The position numbers and the translations under genes are program-made. The notes under the pieces were generated by a model that was not told the origin of the DNA, did not search any database, and was given only the letters and a program-made list of their open reading frames with translations. A stretch of DNA of 62,486 nucleotides, the filler included, from Candidatus Fermentibacterota bacterium (GTDB lineage: Bacteria; JAFGKV01), in assembly GCA_016928395.1 (NCBI GenBank). It is 4 parts of 4 records of this genome, joined end to end, with 100 filler letters (N's around TTAATTAATTAA, not from the genome) between each part and the next. Parts side by side here need not be neighbours in the genome. Positions count along the whole stretch, not along the records: positions 1 to 12,693 come from JAFGKV010000311.1; 3 more parts are not named here. One strand, 5' to 3'. Positions 1 through 8,748 of the stretch are shown one piece after another. Each line of letters begins with the position of its first letter. Positions within the stretch are counted from its first letter, which is position 1.

Positions 1-1650
1 CACATTGGCGATGGAGCCGGTGGAGGTCCACGTAATGGTGTAGGACGCGCCGGCGGTCAGGGTTTCCCCGCCATTGGGCGCCGTCACCGTCACGCTGTTG
101 GTGGAACCGCCGCCGACCGCTGCCGCCGCGTCGACCATGCCGTAGCCCGCATAGCGATCCCAGCCCGTGCCGGATTCCACACTGGTCACGTCCTGCGCGG
201 TGGTGCGCAGCCGTTCGCGGATCTGCGCATTGGTGAACGATGGGTTGGCTGACTTGATCAGGGCGCACACCCCCGCGGCGTAGGGCGTCGCGCACGACGT
301 GCCGTTGAACCATTTGAAGTAGTTACCGGAGTCGTAGCCCCCGCTGCCGCTGATGTCGGTGGTCGGCAGAATGGTCGGGGCGATGACATCGACCGCGCCC
401 GCTGCGTTCTGGGTCGTAGAGCCGTAGTTGGAGCCCCACCAGCGCTCACCATCGCAGGTGTACCCGTTGGGATCGGTGCTTACGCCCGGGTTGACCTCGC
501 CGGAGCTGCTGCTGCTGCGCTTGCGCTCACCGCACGGCGAGGCGGCGCCGACGGCGATCACATTGGCGTTGCAGGCAGGGTAGCTGATCGTCGTCTGGTT
601 CTCATTGCCGGTGGCAGCGAGGATGGTGCAGCCCTTGTTGTAGGCGTAGAGGATGGCGTCGTCAGTCGAGGGATCGCTGGTGATCGCGGCCCCGAGACTC
701 ATGCTGATGATGTGGGCGCCGTTGTCACCGGCGTAGCGCAGGGCGTTCTGAATGGCCGAAAAGTACATGCTGCCAGCGCTATTGGCGACCTTGAGAGGCA
801 TGATCGTGCAGTTGGCGGCGATGCCAGCGGCCCCGAGGCCGTTGTTGGCTTTCGAAGCGACCACGCCGGCGCAGCAGGTGCCGTGGCCGGCCTGGGAGCT
901 GTTGTCCATAGGGTTACTGTCATTATCGCCATAGTCATAGCCCGTCACCAGCGTGAGATCGGGATGGGCGGTATCGACGCCGCTATCGATGATTGCGATG
1001 ATGACCGAGGAACTTCCGTATCCCTGACCGCCGTCCCAGGCCGTATGGGCATTGGCGTCAAACCCTACGGTGCCCACTGGCGATCCGGCTTCGTGAGATC
1101 CCGCGCTCCAGTTGAAGGAGAGAAGCTGCGCGGTATTGTTGTGGCCCCAGTGCATGGAATGGAGCGGGTCGCTAGGTATGGCAGCCGGGAAGGCCTGCCA
1201 GTCCGGCGTGGCAGATTCGATGTTCTCATCATCCGCGAAGGCCTGGGCCAGAACGACCGGGTCTTGGGACTCATCCACTTCCAGCACGAACCATCGGTCT
1301 AGACCGATCCGGGATGCCAGGGCGCGATCCTCGGCCTGCTCGAAGTTCTTCGTCATGCGCGTTGCGCCGGCCCTGCGACACAATCCGTCGAATGAAGAGA
1401 GCCCGGTGAACGGCGCCCTGGTCTGGCCGCGGGGCATCTCGGTGTCGATCCCTGCGGCGCGCATGGCCTCGGCGGTGAACTTCACCAGCACGCGGCCCGG
1501 CGCATAGGGTAGCGCGGAGACAGGCGACGCCCAGGGGCCGGCCTGCACCGGAACGTAGGTCACAGGCCGTGATTCGTCGGGCGCGCCGGAGACGGGAGAG
1601 AGCACGACGGTGGAGATGATGAGCAGGGACAACAGGCACAGTCTCTTCAT
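1..1650 (-). CDS. Secreted S8 (subtilisin-family) serine peptidase with C-terminal Ig-like domain; 3' end runs off the window
   Basis: Translated by hand (absent from the ORF track). ATG at 1650 after GGAGG; signal peptide MKRLCLLSLLIISTVVLS; catalytic motifs IIDSGVDTAHPDL, GHGTCCAGVV, FNGTSCATP; then VTVTAPNGGETL Ig-like start. Confidence 0.93.
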   Translation of the reverse strand, partial: MKRLCLLSLLIISTVVLSPVSGAPDESRPVTYVPVQAGPWASPVSALPYAPGRVLVKFTAEAMRAAGIDTEMPRGQTRAPFTGLSSFDGLCRRAGATRMTKNFEQAEDRALASRIGLDRWFVLEVDESQDPVVLAQAFADDENIESATPDWQAFPAAIPSDPLHSMHWGHNNTAQLLSFNWSAGSHEAGSPVGTVGFDANAHTAWDGGQGYGSSSVIIAIIDSGVDTAHPDLTLVTGYDYGDNDSNPMDNSSQAGHGTCCAGVVASKANNGLGAAGIAANCTIMPLKVANSAGSMYFSAIQNALRYAGDNGAHIISMSLGAAITSDPSTDDAILYAYNKGCTILAATGNENQTTISYPACNANVIAVGAASPCGERKRSSSSSGEVNPGVSTDPNGYTCDGERWWGSNYGSTTQNAAGAVDVIAPTILPTTDISGSGGYDSGNYFKWFNGTSCATPYAAGVCALIKSANPSFTNAQIRERLRTTAQDVTSVESGTGWDRYAGYGMVDAAAAVGGGSTNSVTVTAPNGGETLTAGASYTITWTSTGSIANV

Positions 1651-2014
1651 GAGAGATCCTCCGGGGGGCGGCATGCCCGCGTGGATTGAGTAGGGAGCCT
1701 GTCGGCCGATCGACCGCGCGGGCGCCTCCGCTGCGCGCCTTCCATCAGAATGGAGGCAGCCAAGGAACCGGGGTGTCGGCAGGGGATGAGAAGGACGGTG
1801 GAGGGCCTGGCCCTCCGGGCGGGAGTCATCCAATCCTCCACACCGCCTGCCCCAGAGCGGGAGGCCCGTTGGGGGCTGCGGCGTGCGCTACGTATCGAGA
1901 GAGCAACCAGGGAAGATGTCCGCTGGGCGAGAGGCATTCAGTGCTCCGGTGCATCTTTCTGCAAGATGGGGCAGGAGGTGGAACACTTCGATACATAAAT
2001 GGATGACGAATGTA

Positions 2015-2043
2015 ACATTATGGGCCGAGCGTTCTCATGTCAA
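2015..2043 (-). promoter_or_regulatory. Putative sigma70 promoter for the S8 peptidase
   Basis: TTGACA (2043-2038), 17 nt, TAATGT (2020-2015) in a locally AT-rich patch. Confidence 0.45.
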
Positions 2044-2149
2044 GGATCTTTTTGCGATCACCTAAAGCATTGCAGGACAAGATCCTCAGCCATCGGGGTA
2101 GGAGCGGCGGTGCGATCGGTTTCTGGCGACGTGTATGTAACGTAATGCG

Positions 2150-3595
2150 TCAGGTATGCGTTCTTTCCTCCCGGGCGGCGCTCACAACGGCGTCCCATGC
2201 GCGGCGTACGTGGAGGCGGGTGGTCAGGGTCTGGCCGACACAGAGGCGAAGAGTGAAACGGCCATCCAGTACGGCGTGACTCATGCAGAGAGCGCCGCTG
2301 TCATTCACCCTGTTCATGATAGCACGGGTCATCTCGTCGCCTCTCTTGTGTCTGAAGCAGATCAAGTTGAGAGGCGGCTTCACTGCCAGCTCGAAGTCCG
2401 GCGACTTCTCGATCCACGCGGCGAACTCCTGCGCGGCGGCGATGTGCTCCCGGATGTGGAAACGAAGGCCTTCTACGCCGTAGTGGCGGATGACGAACCA
2501 GAGCTTGAGGGCCCGGAAGCGCCGGCCGAGGGGAACTTGCCAGTCGCGGTAGTCAATCACCGCGCCGGACTCAGTCGCCTTGTTCCGTAGGTATTCCGGC
2601 AGAATGCTCAAGGTGGTGATGAGTGCGGTGCGATCTGCCACCCAGAAACAGTCGCAATCGAAGTTGGTGAACATCCATTTGTGCGGGTTGAAGCAGTAAG
2701 AATCGGCGTATTCCAGTCCGTCATGGATCCAGCGGAATTCGGGGCACAGGCAGGCCGTGCCAGCCATGGCGCCGTCTACGTGAAGCCAGAGGTCCTCGTC
2801 ACGGCAGATTCGCCCAATGGTCGGCAAAGGGTCTATGCCGTTTGAGGCAGTCGTGCCCACCGTGGCAACTACGAAGCAGGGCGAGAGGCCCCCGGCCCGG
2901 TCGCGGGCGATCTGCGATGCCAGAGCCTCTGGGCGCATCTGGAACTGACCGTCGACGTCGATGAGTCGGAGATTCCGCCTGCCAATACCGGCGATCCGGA
3001 CCGCTTTCTCCACGGAGGAGTGGGTCTGGGTGGAGGCATAGGCCACCAGCCGGCCATCGCAGCCTTGCTCGTTGCTCCTGAAACCTGTAGCCCGCTCCCT
3101 GGCGGCCAACAGCGCGCAGAGGGCGGCGCTGGAAGCCGAATCCTGGATGACGCCACCGCCGGATGCGCCGGACATGAAGCGGGTCGGCAACCCCAGCATA
3201 CCCACCAACCAGTCCAGCACGTGGGTTTCCAGTTCGGTGCACGCCGGGCTCGTGGCCCAGAGCATGCCCTGTACGCCCAATCCCGCGGACAGAAGCTCGC
3301 CTAGAATGGAAGGGCCTGACGTATTCGCCGGGAAGTACGCGAAGAAACTCGGTGACTGCCAGTGGGTGATGCCCGGCAGAATGACGCGGTTCACGTCCTT
3401 AAGCATGTCGGGGAATGGCTCGCCATGCTGCGGCGGGCTATCAGGCAGAAGGGAGCGCACCGCGCCGGGCTCGAGATGAGACATGACCGGCAGATCCTCG
3501 ACGCGTCGCATGTAGTCGGCAATCCAGTCAATCACGGCGTGCCCGTGCCGGCTGAACTCGTCGGGGCTCATGTGAAATGAACGCTTTTCATCCAT
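2150..3595 (-). CDS. PLP-dependent aromatic-L-amino-acid (DOPA/tyrosine-type, group II) decarboxylase
   Basis: ITHWQSP, WATSPACTELE, GGGVIQDSAS, HVDGA, FNPHKW (PLP Lys), DYRDWQVPLGRRFRALKLW. Confidence 0.93.
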   Translation of the reverse strand: MDEKRSFHMSPDEFSRHGHAVIDWIADYMRRVEDLPVMSHLEPGAVRSLLPDSPPQHGEPFPDMLKDVNRVILPGITHWQSPSFFAYFPANTSGPSILGELLSAGLGVQGMLWATSPACTELETHVLDWLVGMLGLPTRFMSGASGGGVIQDSASSAALCALLAARERATGFRSNEQGCDGRLVAYASTQTHSSVEKAVRIAGIGRRNLRLIDVDGQFQMRPEALASQIARDRAGGLSPCFVVATVGTTASNGIDPLPTIGRICRDEDLWLHVDGAMAGTACLCPEFRWIHDGLEYADSYCFNPHKWMFTNFDCDCFWVADRTALITTLSILPEYLRNKATESGAVIDYRDWQVPLGRRFRALKLWFVIRHYGVEGLRFHIREHIAAAQEFAAWIEKSPDFELAVKPPLNLICFRHKRGDEMTRAIMNRVNDSGALCMSHAVLDGRFTLRLCVGQTLTTRLHVRRAWDAVVSAAREERTHT

Positions 3596-3670
3596 GGTCG
3601 GGAGACTCCGAAGAAGAGGTTCGACATCGGTGGGCCGGAGGCGTCAGCCCCGTGAGGTCACACAGGACGT

Positions 3671-4633
3671 TCAGGGGCAACCTGCGGCGGGAAACCTCCG
3701 CAGGTCTTCATAGTTGAATGCCCACTCCGGCGTGTCAAGCCGCCCCGATGCACGGGCCTGATACCACGGGGAGGAAAGGTCGCCCGGATTCCGCAGGATG
3801 TGGATCTCCTGGGCAGGCATGAAGCTTTGGGCCAGAATGAACCAGCGGCCACCAAGACGATCTTCCGCAATATCCACCACAATGACTGCATGGCCGGGGA
3901 ATCCCCCTTGGATGAATACGTCGCCGATCTCAGGCCTTGAGGGGTCGGCAACGAGCTCAAGCTCTCCATCCAGCGATGCCGAACCGGCATAGGTGAACAC
4001 GGTCTCGAGGTAGCTGCGAAACGAAGAGTAACTGCCATCGGCAGGAGCGGTTCTGGCCCACATGACCGATGAGTTTCGCACGGATGGGCGATACCCGACC
4101 TTCCATGCCCGCCAGGTTGCGGGGTCACCACTGGTGAAACGAAACGAGATGGAATCCTCGCATCCGCTGGCCCACAGATACTCGGCGCGAAGCCTGATGA
4201 CCGCGTCGGCGCACTGCTGCAAATCGCATCCACCGACGTCGATGGCGACTACGGCCTCATGTGCCTCCTGATTGGCCTTAGGACGGCCGTCGAAAAGATG
4301 AACGGAAGGCCTCCCTGGCTTCAGGGGAAGGTTTCTGAGCCACTCGCCGAAGGATCCGGGTTCAGGCGAGACTCTGGTCAAGCCTGGCACTGGTGAGATA
4401 CGCTGCCACAGCGCCTCGACGGGTTCGCCGGTACACCACGGGTAGTGATCGGCGGTAAGGGTTGCGGGTGGAGACGGTAGGAGGGTGGGGAGGGTGGCAC
4501 TGTCTGCACTGTCTGCACTAGTAGCCTGGCTGATGCGGAGGCGATCCGGACTCTCGGAGCCGGATGCCACTGTAGACCACCATCCTGCGCATCCGACGAG
4601 GAGTGCCAGGGCATAGACATCGAGGCGGATCAT
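3671..4633 (-). CDS. DUF4846-like exported protein
   Basis: WLRNLPLK, DLQQCADAVIRLRAEYLW, GGFPGHAVIVVD, LAQSFMPAQ; hydrophobic N-terminus; start uncertain (4633 or 4666). Confidence 0.8.
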   Translation of the reverse strand: MIRLDVYALALLVGCAGWWSTVASGSESPDRLRISQATSADSADSATLPTLLPSPPATLTADHYPWCTGEPVEALWQRISPVPGLTRVSPEPGSFGEWLRNLPLKPGRPSVHLFDGRPKANQEAHEAVVAIDVGGCDLQQCADAVIRLRAEYLWASGCEDSISFRFTSGDPATWRAWKVGYRPSVRNSSVMWARTAPADGSYSSFRSYLETVFTYAGSASLDGELELVADPSRPEIGDVFIQGGFPGHAVIVVDIAEDRLGGRWFILAQSFMPAQEIHILRNPGDLSSPWYQARASGRLDTPEWAFNYEDLRRFPAAGCP

Positions 4634-4679
4634 GATCCCGACTCCCAAGGCCCCAGGCACTCGCACCTGGTGGTAAGCT

Positions 4680-4711
4680 GAGGGCGGGGCATCCCGCGCA
4701 TCCCCGCCCTC
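4680..4711 (-). terminator. GC-rich hairpin after the stop at 4718
   Basis: GAGGGCGGGG...CCCCGCCCTC 10-bp inverted repeat; no U-tract. Confidence 0.4.
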
Positions 4712-4717
4712 TTCACC

Positions 4718-5653
4718 CTACTTGAACTCGCTCTTGATGCGTCCCCAGCTACTGCCCGCCGCTCCCCACGTCACTCTGAGGGGTCCATAGGAGGTTTCGG
4801 AACCGTCAGTATCGACCTGCACCAGCCGGTAGAACCACACGCCAGAAGAGATGGTCTCATCGAGAAATGTGTAGTCGTTGGTCGCAGCGGTCGTGCCGTG
4901 CCCCGGGAGAAGGCCCTCACCGATACGGACTCCCATCGTCTGCTCGTCTGCTGCGCGCAGCAGGTAGAATCCGAAGCAGTCGGTTTCACTCAAGGTCCGC
5001 CATGTGAGACGAACGCCGCCGTCGGTGGCCGATGCGTCAAACGAGGATAGTTCCACGGGCACGCCTTCGCCCACCAAAGCCCCGAGGTACACGCCATACG
5101 GGTACCCGAGGTCGGAGAGCGGCATCCACGAGCCTGCCGCCGGGTAGTAGTAGTACGTCCCGCACGCGTCAGGATCATCATAGGGACTTTCGACGGTTAA
5201 GCTTCCGTCGTCCAGGAAGCCGACCCAGAAGCTACCGCTGTCGATTACGATGTTCTGACCAGCGATGTCAACGGTGTTCCACCCGAAGGTGCCGGACGTG
5301 CCCGGTGCTTCCAAGGTCACAGTGCCGCTGAAGAGCACGGTTCCAGGCTGGCCACCGGCATCGGCCCACACGTAGACCATGCAGGTGGGGTACTGCACGT
5401 GGTAGTTGTTGTCGATGTAGTTCATGAGGCCGATCGTCACGGCGTCGATTCGGCTTGGATAGACCGCGGGCGTGAAGTGGTTAGCGAATCCTTCGCCAAC
5501 ATCGGTAAGCCAGAAGTAGCCCTCAGAACTGCCGTCATTGCACGTGTACTCCGTCTGGCGGGTCAACTCGCCGGCGGTAGGAACTGGTGCTACCCCGACG
5601 GCCCAGAGACACGGAGCCGCGAGAAGCAGTAGCAGGATAGCGGTACGACGCAT
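4718..5653 (-). CDS. Secreted protein with PVELSSF/FN3-like module and C-terminal SSWGRIK tail
   Basis: AGGAGGTG before ATG 5653; signal peptide MRRTAILLLLLAAPCLWA; PVELSSF...VRLTWRTLSE; ends SSWGRIKSEFK. Confidence 0.8.
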   Translation of the reverse strand: MRRTAILLLLLAAPCLWAVGVAPVPTAGELTRQTEYTCNDGSSEGYFWLTDVGEGFANHFTPAVYPSRIDAVTIGLMNYIDNNYHVQYPTCMVYVWADAGGQPGTVLFSGTVTLEAPGTSGTFGWNTVDIAGQNIVIDSGSFWVGFLDDGSLTVESPYDDPDACGTYYYYPAAGSWMPLSDLGYPYGVYLGALVGEGVPVELSSFDASATDGGVRLTWRTLSETDCFGFYLLRAADEQTMGVRIGEGLLPGHGTTAATNDYTFLDETISSGVWFYRLVQVDTDGSETSYGPLRVTWGAAGSSWGRIKSEFK

Positions 5654-5854
5654 GTTCACCTCCTGTGGTCTACACGGGGCACGCTACGAAAACGGACGCT
5701 CCCCAATGTAGGGTGCTCGTCCGCACACCTCAAGACCGTCGTGCAACCATGCGAGCCTTGAGCCGCCGGGCGCCCATGGTGTGCAGTTGGAGCGTTCTTC
5801 ACGACGCAGCGAAGAGGGAAGTCGCCCGGAGATCCCGGAGATCAGCATCAATCT

Positions 5855-5882
5855 CGAGCTATTCTAATATTAGAATAGCTCG
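5855..5882. repeat. 28-bp perfect palindrome CGAGCTATTCTAATATTAGAATAGCTCG (copy 1)
   Basis: Self-reverse-complementary; 20-bp core identical to 25308-25327. Confidence 0.9.
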
Positions 5883-5970
5883 GATGGTGCAGCCGCGCGG
5901 TACGCGACCGACCCGGAGAAGGCTCGGACGCCTCGGTCTCTCCCGGGAGAGCCCTTCCTCTGGCATTGCC

Positions 5971-6360
5971 CTACTGCAGATACGCCAACGCCTTCAGCTT
6001 CTGCGTGTCGGTCATGCCGCTCCACGGCTCCAGCCGCACGGGCGGATTATGTACCCCTTCGGCCCAGAGGTCGCGAAGCCGGGCGGCCAGCATCTCGTTT
6101 CCCTTCAGCACATTGCGCGATTCGGCCGGATCCGCGGCGAGATCGAACAGCATGACCCGCTTGGGCATGGTCCAGTCGGTCGCCTTGGCGCCCGGCACCC
6201 ATATGAGCTTCATGGAATCCTCCCATGCGGCGCAGACTCTCCGGGAGACAGACTCGGCGAGGATCACCTCGTGGGCGGGCCCCCGCTTTCCCCGGGCCAG
6301 GAGTCTCAGGTCGAGGCCGTGCACCATACCAGGGAAGGCCACGCCGCATGTCCTCATGGT
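5971..6360 (-). pseudogene. C-terminal remnant of a sulfatase-like gene
   Basis: VHGLDL, KLIWVP, LFDLAADPAESRNV and terminal QKLKALAYLQ resemble sulfatase C-termini; no CxPxR catalytic region; the upstream gene ends at 6393. Confidence 0.6.
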
Positions 6361-6392
6361 CATCCATCGGGTACGAGAGCGCCATTGGGGGA

Positions 6393-8423
6393 TCACGGCA
6401 CCACCAAGGCAAATCCCATGCCCCCGACGGATGGTGAAGGGGGGCCTTCGTTCAGGGAGGCGTCGCGGGCGGTCACGCGGTAGAACACGCCAACGCTCTG
6501 CCCTGCACCGGGATCGAGCCACTGCAACTGGGATGTCGAACCGGCAAGCGATGGTAATCCGACGGGAAAGAACGCGGCACCCGAACGATAGATGCGGTAC
6601 TCCGTTACGCCGACATTGTCACCGGGATCAGACCAGGCGAGGAGAAGATCTCCGTTTACCGGCGTCACCGTGATGCCTGCGATCATGGCGGGGGCCTGGG
6701 CATCGCGCCAGAACAGCTCGTCCCATGAATAGGCATGGCGGGGCCGCGTGTGCGAACCGCCCCAGCGATGCGCGTAGCTCACCAGAATGCAGGGCCAGGA
6801 CGGATTCTCTACCAGCACATTGGGCCGCACCGCAATGGAGTGCAGAGTCCCGGCCAGATAGCTGGGCACCCACCAGGCCACGGAATCCTGAAGGCGGAAG
6901 GCTCGCTGCGTATCAATGGCCAAATTGGCATTCAGGGAGCAGGCCAGGGCCTCATAGCGATCACAGTACACAGGTGGATACAGCACGCGGTGATGATTCG
7001 TCACCACCATGTTGGTTGCGGAGGCGATGGGCGGCGCAATGCCGTTGTTCGTGGCGAACCTGAGCGAGTCTGCAATGTTGTTGATCTCAAGAATGGCGGC
7101 GGGTACCGGATGCGCTGCATCAAAGGGCGAGACAAGGTGGACGTCGTAGGCATAGCGGGAGGTGGAGTGCTCGATGCCAGTGGCGACGCCGTACACATCC
7201 GTGGCGCCCGCGGCTTCCACTGCCTTCCGCAGGGAGAGCCCGAAGGGACTGAGCGATCCCGGCGTGATGGAACCCTGGATGGGGTAGTTGCCATTGTCGA
7301 TGAAGGCCCCTACGCCGTGTTCATTCACGAGGGAAGTGCAGCCGAAGTAGCCGGCGAAGGTCACCGAAGCGGTGCGCTGTTCATCCTCATCGGACGGGTC
7401 GAAGGCGATGATGAGAGACGTGTGGCCCAAGGTCGCATTCTGGCCGGTGGGGAACTCGAAGTTCCGGGCGATGACCACGCCTCCCTCCAGCGTATCATCC
7501 GCAGCGGTGGACTCGCCCCATCCCGAGTTGCTGGAGCAGTTGAAGCCCTGGAAGTCACCCATGGCATTGCTGCACAGGATGTCCTCCACGGTTATGTCCC
7601 GTGCCAAGGCAGGATGGAAGAGGCTCACACCCTTGGCCCGTACGCCGGCCAGAAGCCCGGTCGCCTCCTCCTCGAAGGGGGCCGGGATAGAGAAGTACGT
7701 CCTGAAATAGGGAAGCACCTGGCCTTCGTACTCCGTGGGGGTCCACCAATGATACAGAGTGGTCCCCACGACGAATCTGGTCATATTGGCCAGGCACTGC
7801 TCGGCGAGAAGAAACCCGTGGGCATATCCCATCTCCTCATGGGTGCCCCACACCAAAAGCCGTTGCTGCGCGGGCTCGCCCCGGGTGCGCAGCAGGCCAT
7901 TGCAGAGGTCGGGTTGGGGGAGTGCCGCGGGGAGGGAGATATCATCGACTGTCACCTGCTGTCCAGACGGAAGAAGACTCACGCGAAGCGCACAGTAGAT
8001 CGCGCGTGCGTCGAAAGCTCCCACTGACACTGACCGGCTGTGCCATTCCTGGGTTACGGGCCAGGTCGCCAGGTTCGTGAATGAGGAGGGTGCCGGCAGC
8101 TCGGCGGTGGAGATCATGACCTCGATGCTGCAGGAGGCGGCCGTCGTGCTGCGCACCCAGAATGACAGGAGCGTGTCGCCGGTCTCAGCCCGAGGCATGA
8201 CGCAGGGCGTGATCAAGTAGTCTGCGTTCTGGGAGTTGAAATCGGCGCAACAGACCGCTGAGCGGGCGCCGGAGTGGGGGGTGCTCTGTGTCGGCACCCA
8301 GTAGGCATCGTAGGCATCGGCATTGACCAGGATCCATCCGTCGGGCGGGAAGTACGGGACCGCTTCGAAGCCTTCAATCCATCCGAGGTTCAGGATCAGT
8401 GCCAGCGAAAGCGACAGTATCAT
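6393..8423 (-). CDS. Secreted C45-family (Ntn-hydrolase) autoproteolytic acyltransferase/hydrolase with N-terminal adhesin-like and C-terminal FN3-like domains
   Basis: Signal peptide; EGFE..FPPDGW..ADYLITP beta-sandwich; WGTHEEMGYAHG; FNCSS (Cys nucleophile), ARNFEF, VNEHGV, TNH; YRIYRS...FYRVTARD. Confidence 0.75.
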   Translation of the reverse strand: MILSLSLALILNLGWIEGFEAVPYFPPDGWILVNADAYDAYWVPTQSTPHSGARSAVCCADFNSQNADYLITPCVMPRAETGDTLLSFWVRSTTAASCSIEVMISTAELPAPSSFTNLATWPVTQEWHSRSVSVGAFDARAIYCALRVSLLPSGQQVTVDDISLPAALPQPDLCNGLLRTRGEPAQQRLLVWGTHEEMGYAHGFLLAEQCLANMTRFVVGTTLYHWWTPTEYEGQVLPYFRTYFSIPAPFEEEATGLLAGVRAKGVSLFHPALARDITVEDILCSNAMGDFQGFNCSSNSGWGESTAADDTLEGGVVIARNFEFPTGQNATLGHTSLIIAFDPSDEDEQRTASVTFAGYFGCTSLVNEHGVGAFIDNGNYPIQGSITPGSLSPFGLSLRKAVEAAGATDVYGVATGIEHSTSRYAYDVHLVSPFDAAHPVPAAILEINNIADSLRFATNNGIAPPIASATNMVVTNHHRVLYPPVYCDRYEALACSLNANLAIDTQRAFRLQDSVAWWVPSYLAGTLHSIAVRPNVLVENPSWPCILVSYAHRWGGSHTRPRHAYSWDELFWRDAQAPAMIAGITVTPVNGDLLLAWSDPGDNVGVTEYRIYRSGAAFFPVGLPSLAGSTSQLQWLDPGAGQSVGVFYRVTARDASLNEGPPSPSVGGMGFALVVP

Positions 8424-8748
8424 GGAATCTCCTTGTGGCTCGAGGGTTCAGTGTCGCACTCACTCTCCGTGTCGCCTACCCTGGGCTCCATGTACACCCA
8501 TCCGGTCGGCCTCAACCCCTTTCGGGGCCGCGCGCCACTGCAAAGCACGCACGGTGCGTACGCGAGAGACTACACGCGGTCGCTCACGGAGTCAAAGATG
8601 CCAGGGGCGCTCCGAAAATGACGGAAAGGTTGACCCGGGGTCAGCAAATCACCAAGTTACTGGCCCTTTTTGCGTTGACACAATTGGCGCTCGACGGGCG
8701 GCGGCGAGCCCTGTTCTCCACCCTAGCACACGAGGAGATACCCGGGAG

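Noticed and set aside
5850-5890. Integron attC site, or Fur/PerR box
   Set aside because: No RYYYAAC/GTTRRRY ends and no integrase; symmetry has no central base, unlike the 7-1-7 Fur/PerR box.
8323-8748. 142-aa N-terminal extension of PFOR in the ORF track
   Set aside because: Overlaps the opposite-strand gene start; homology and SD support ATG 8749.
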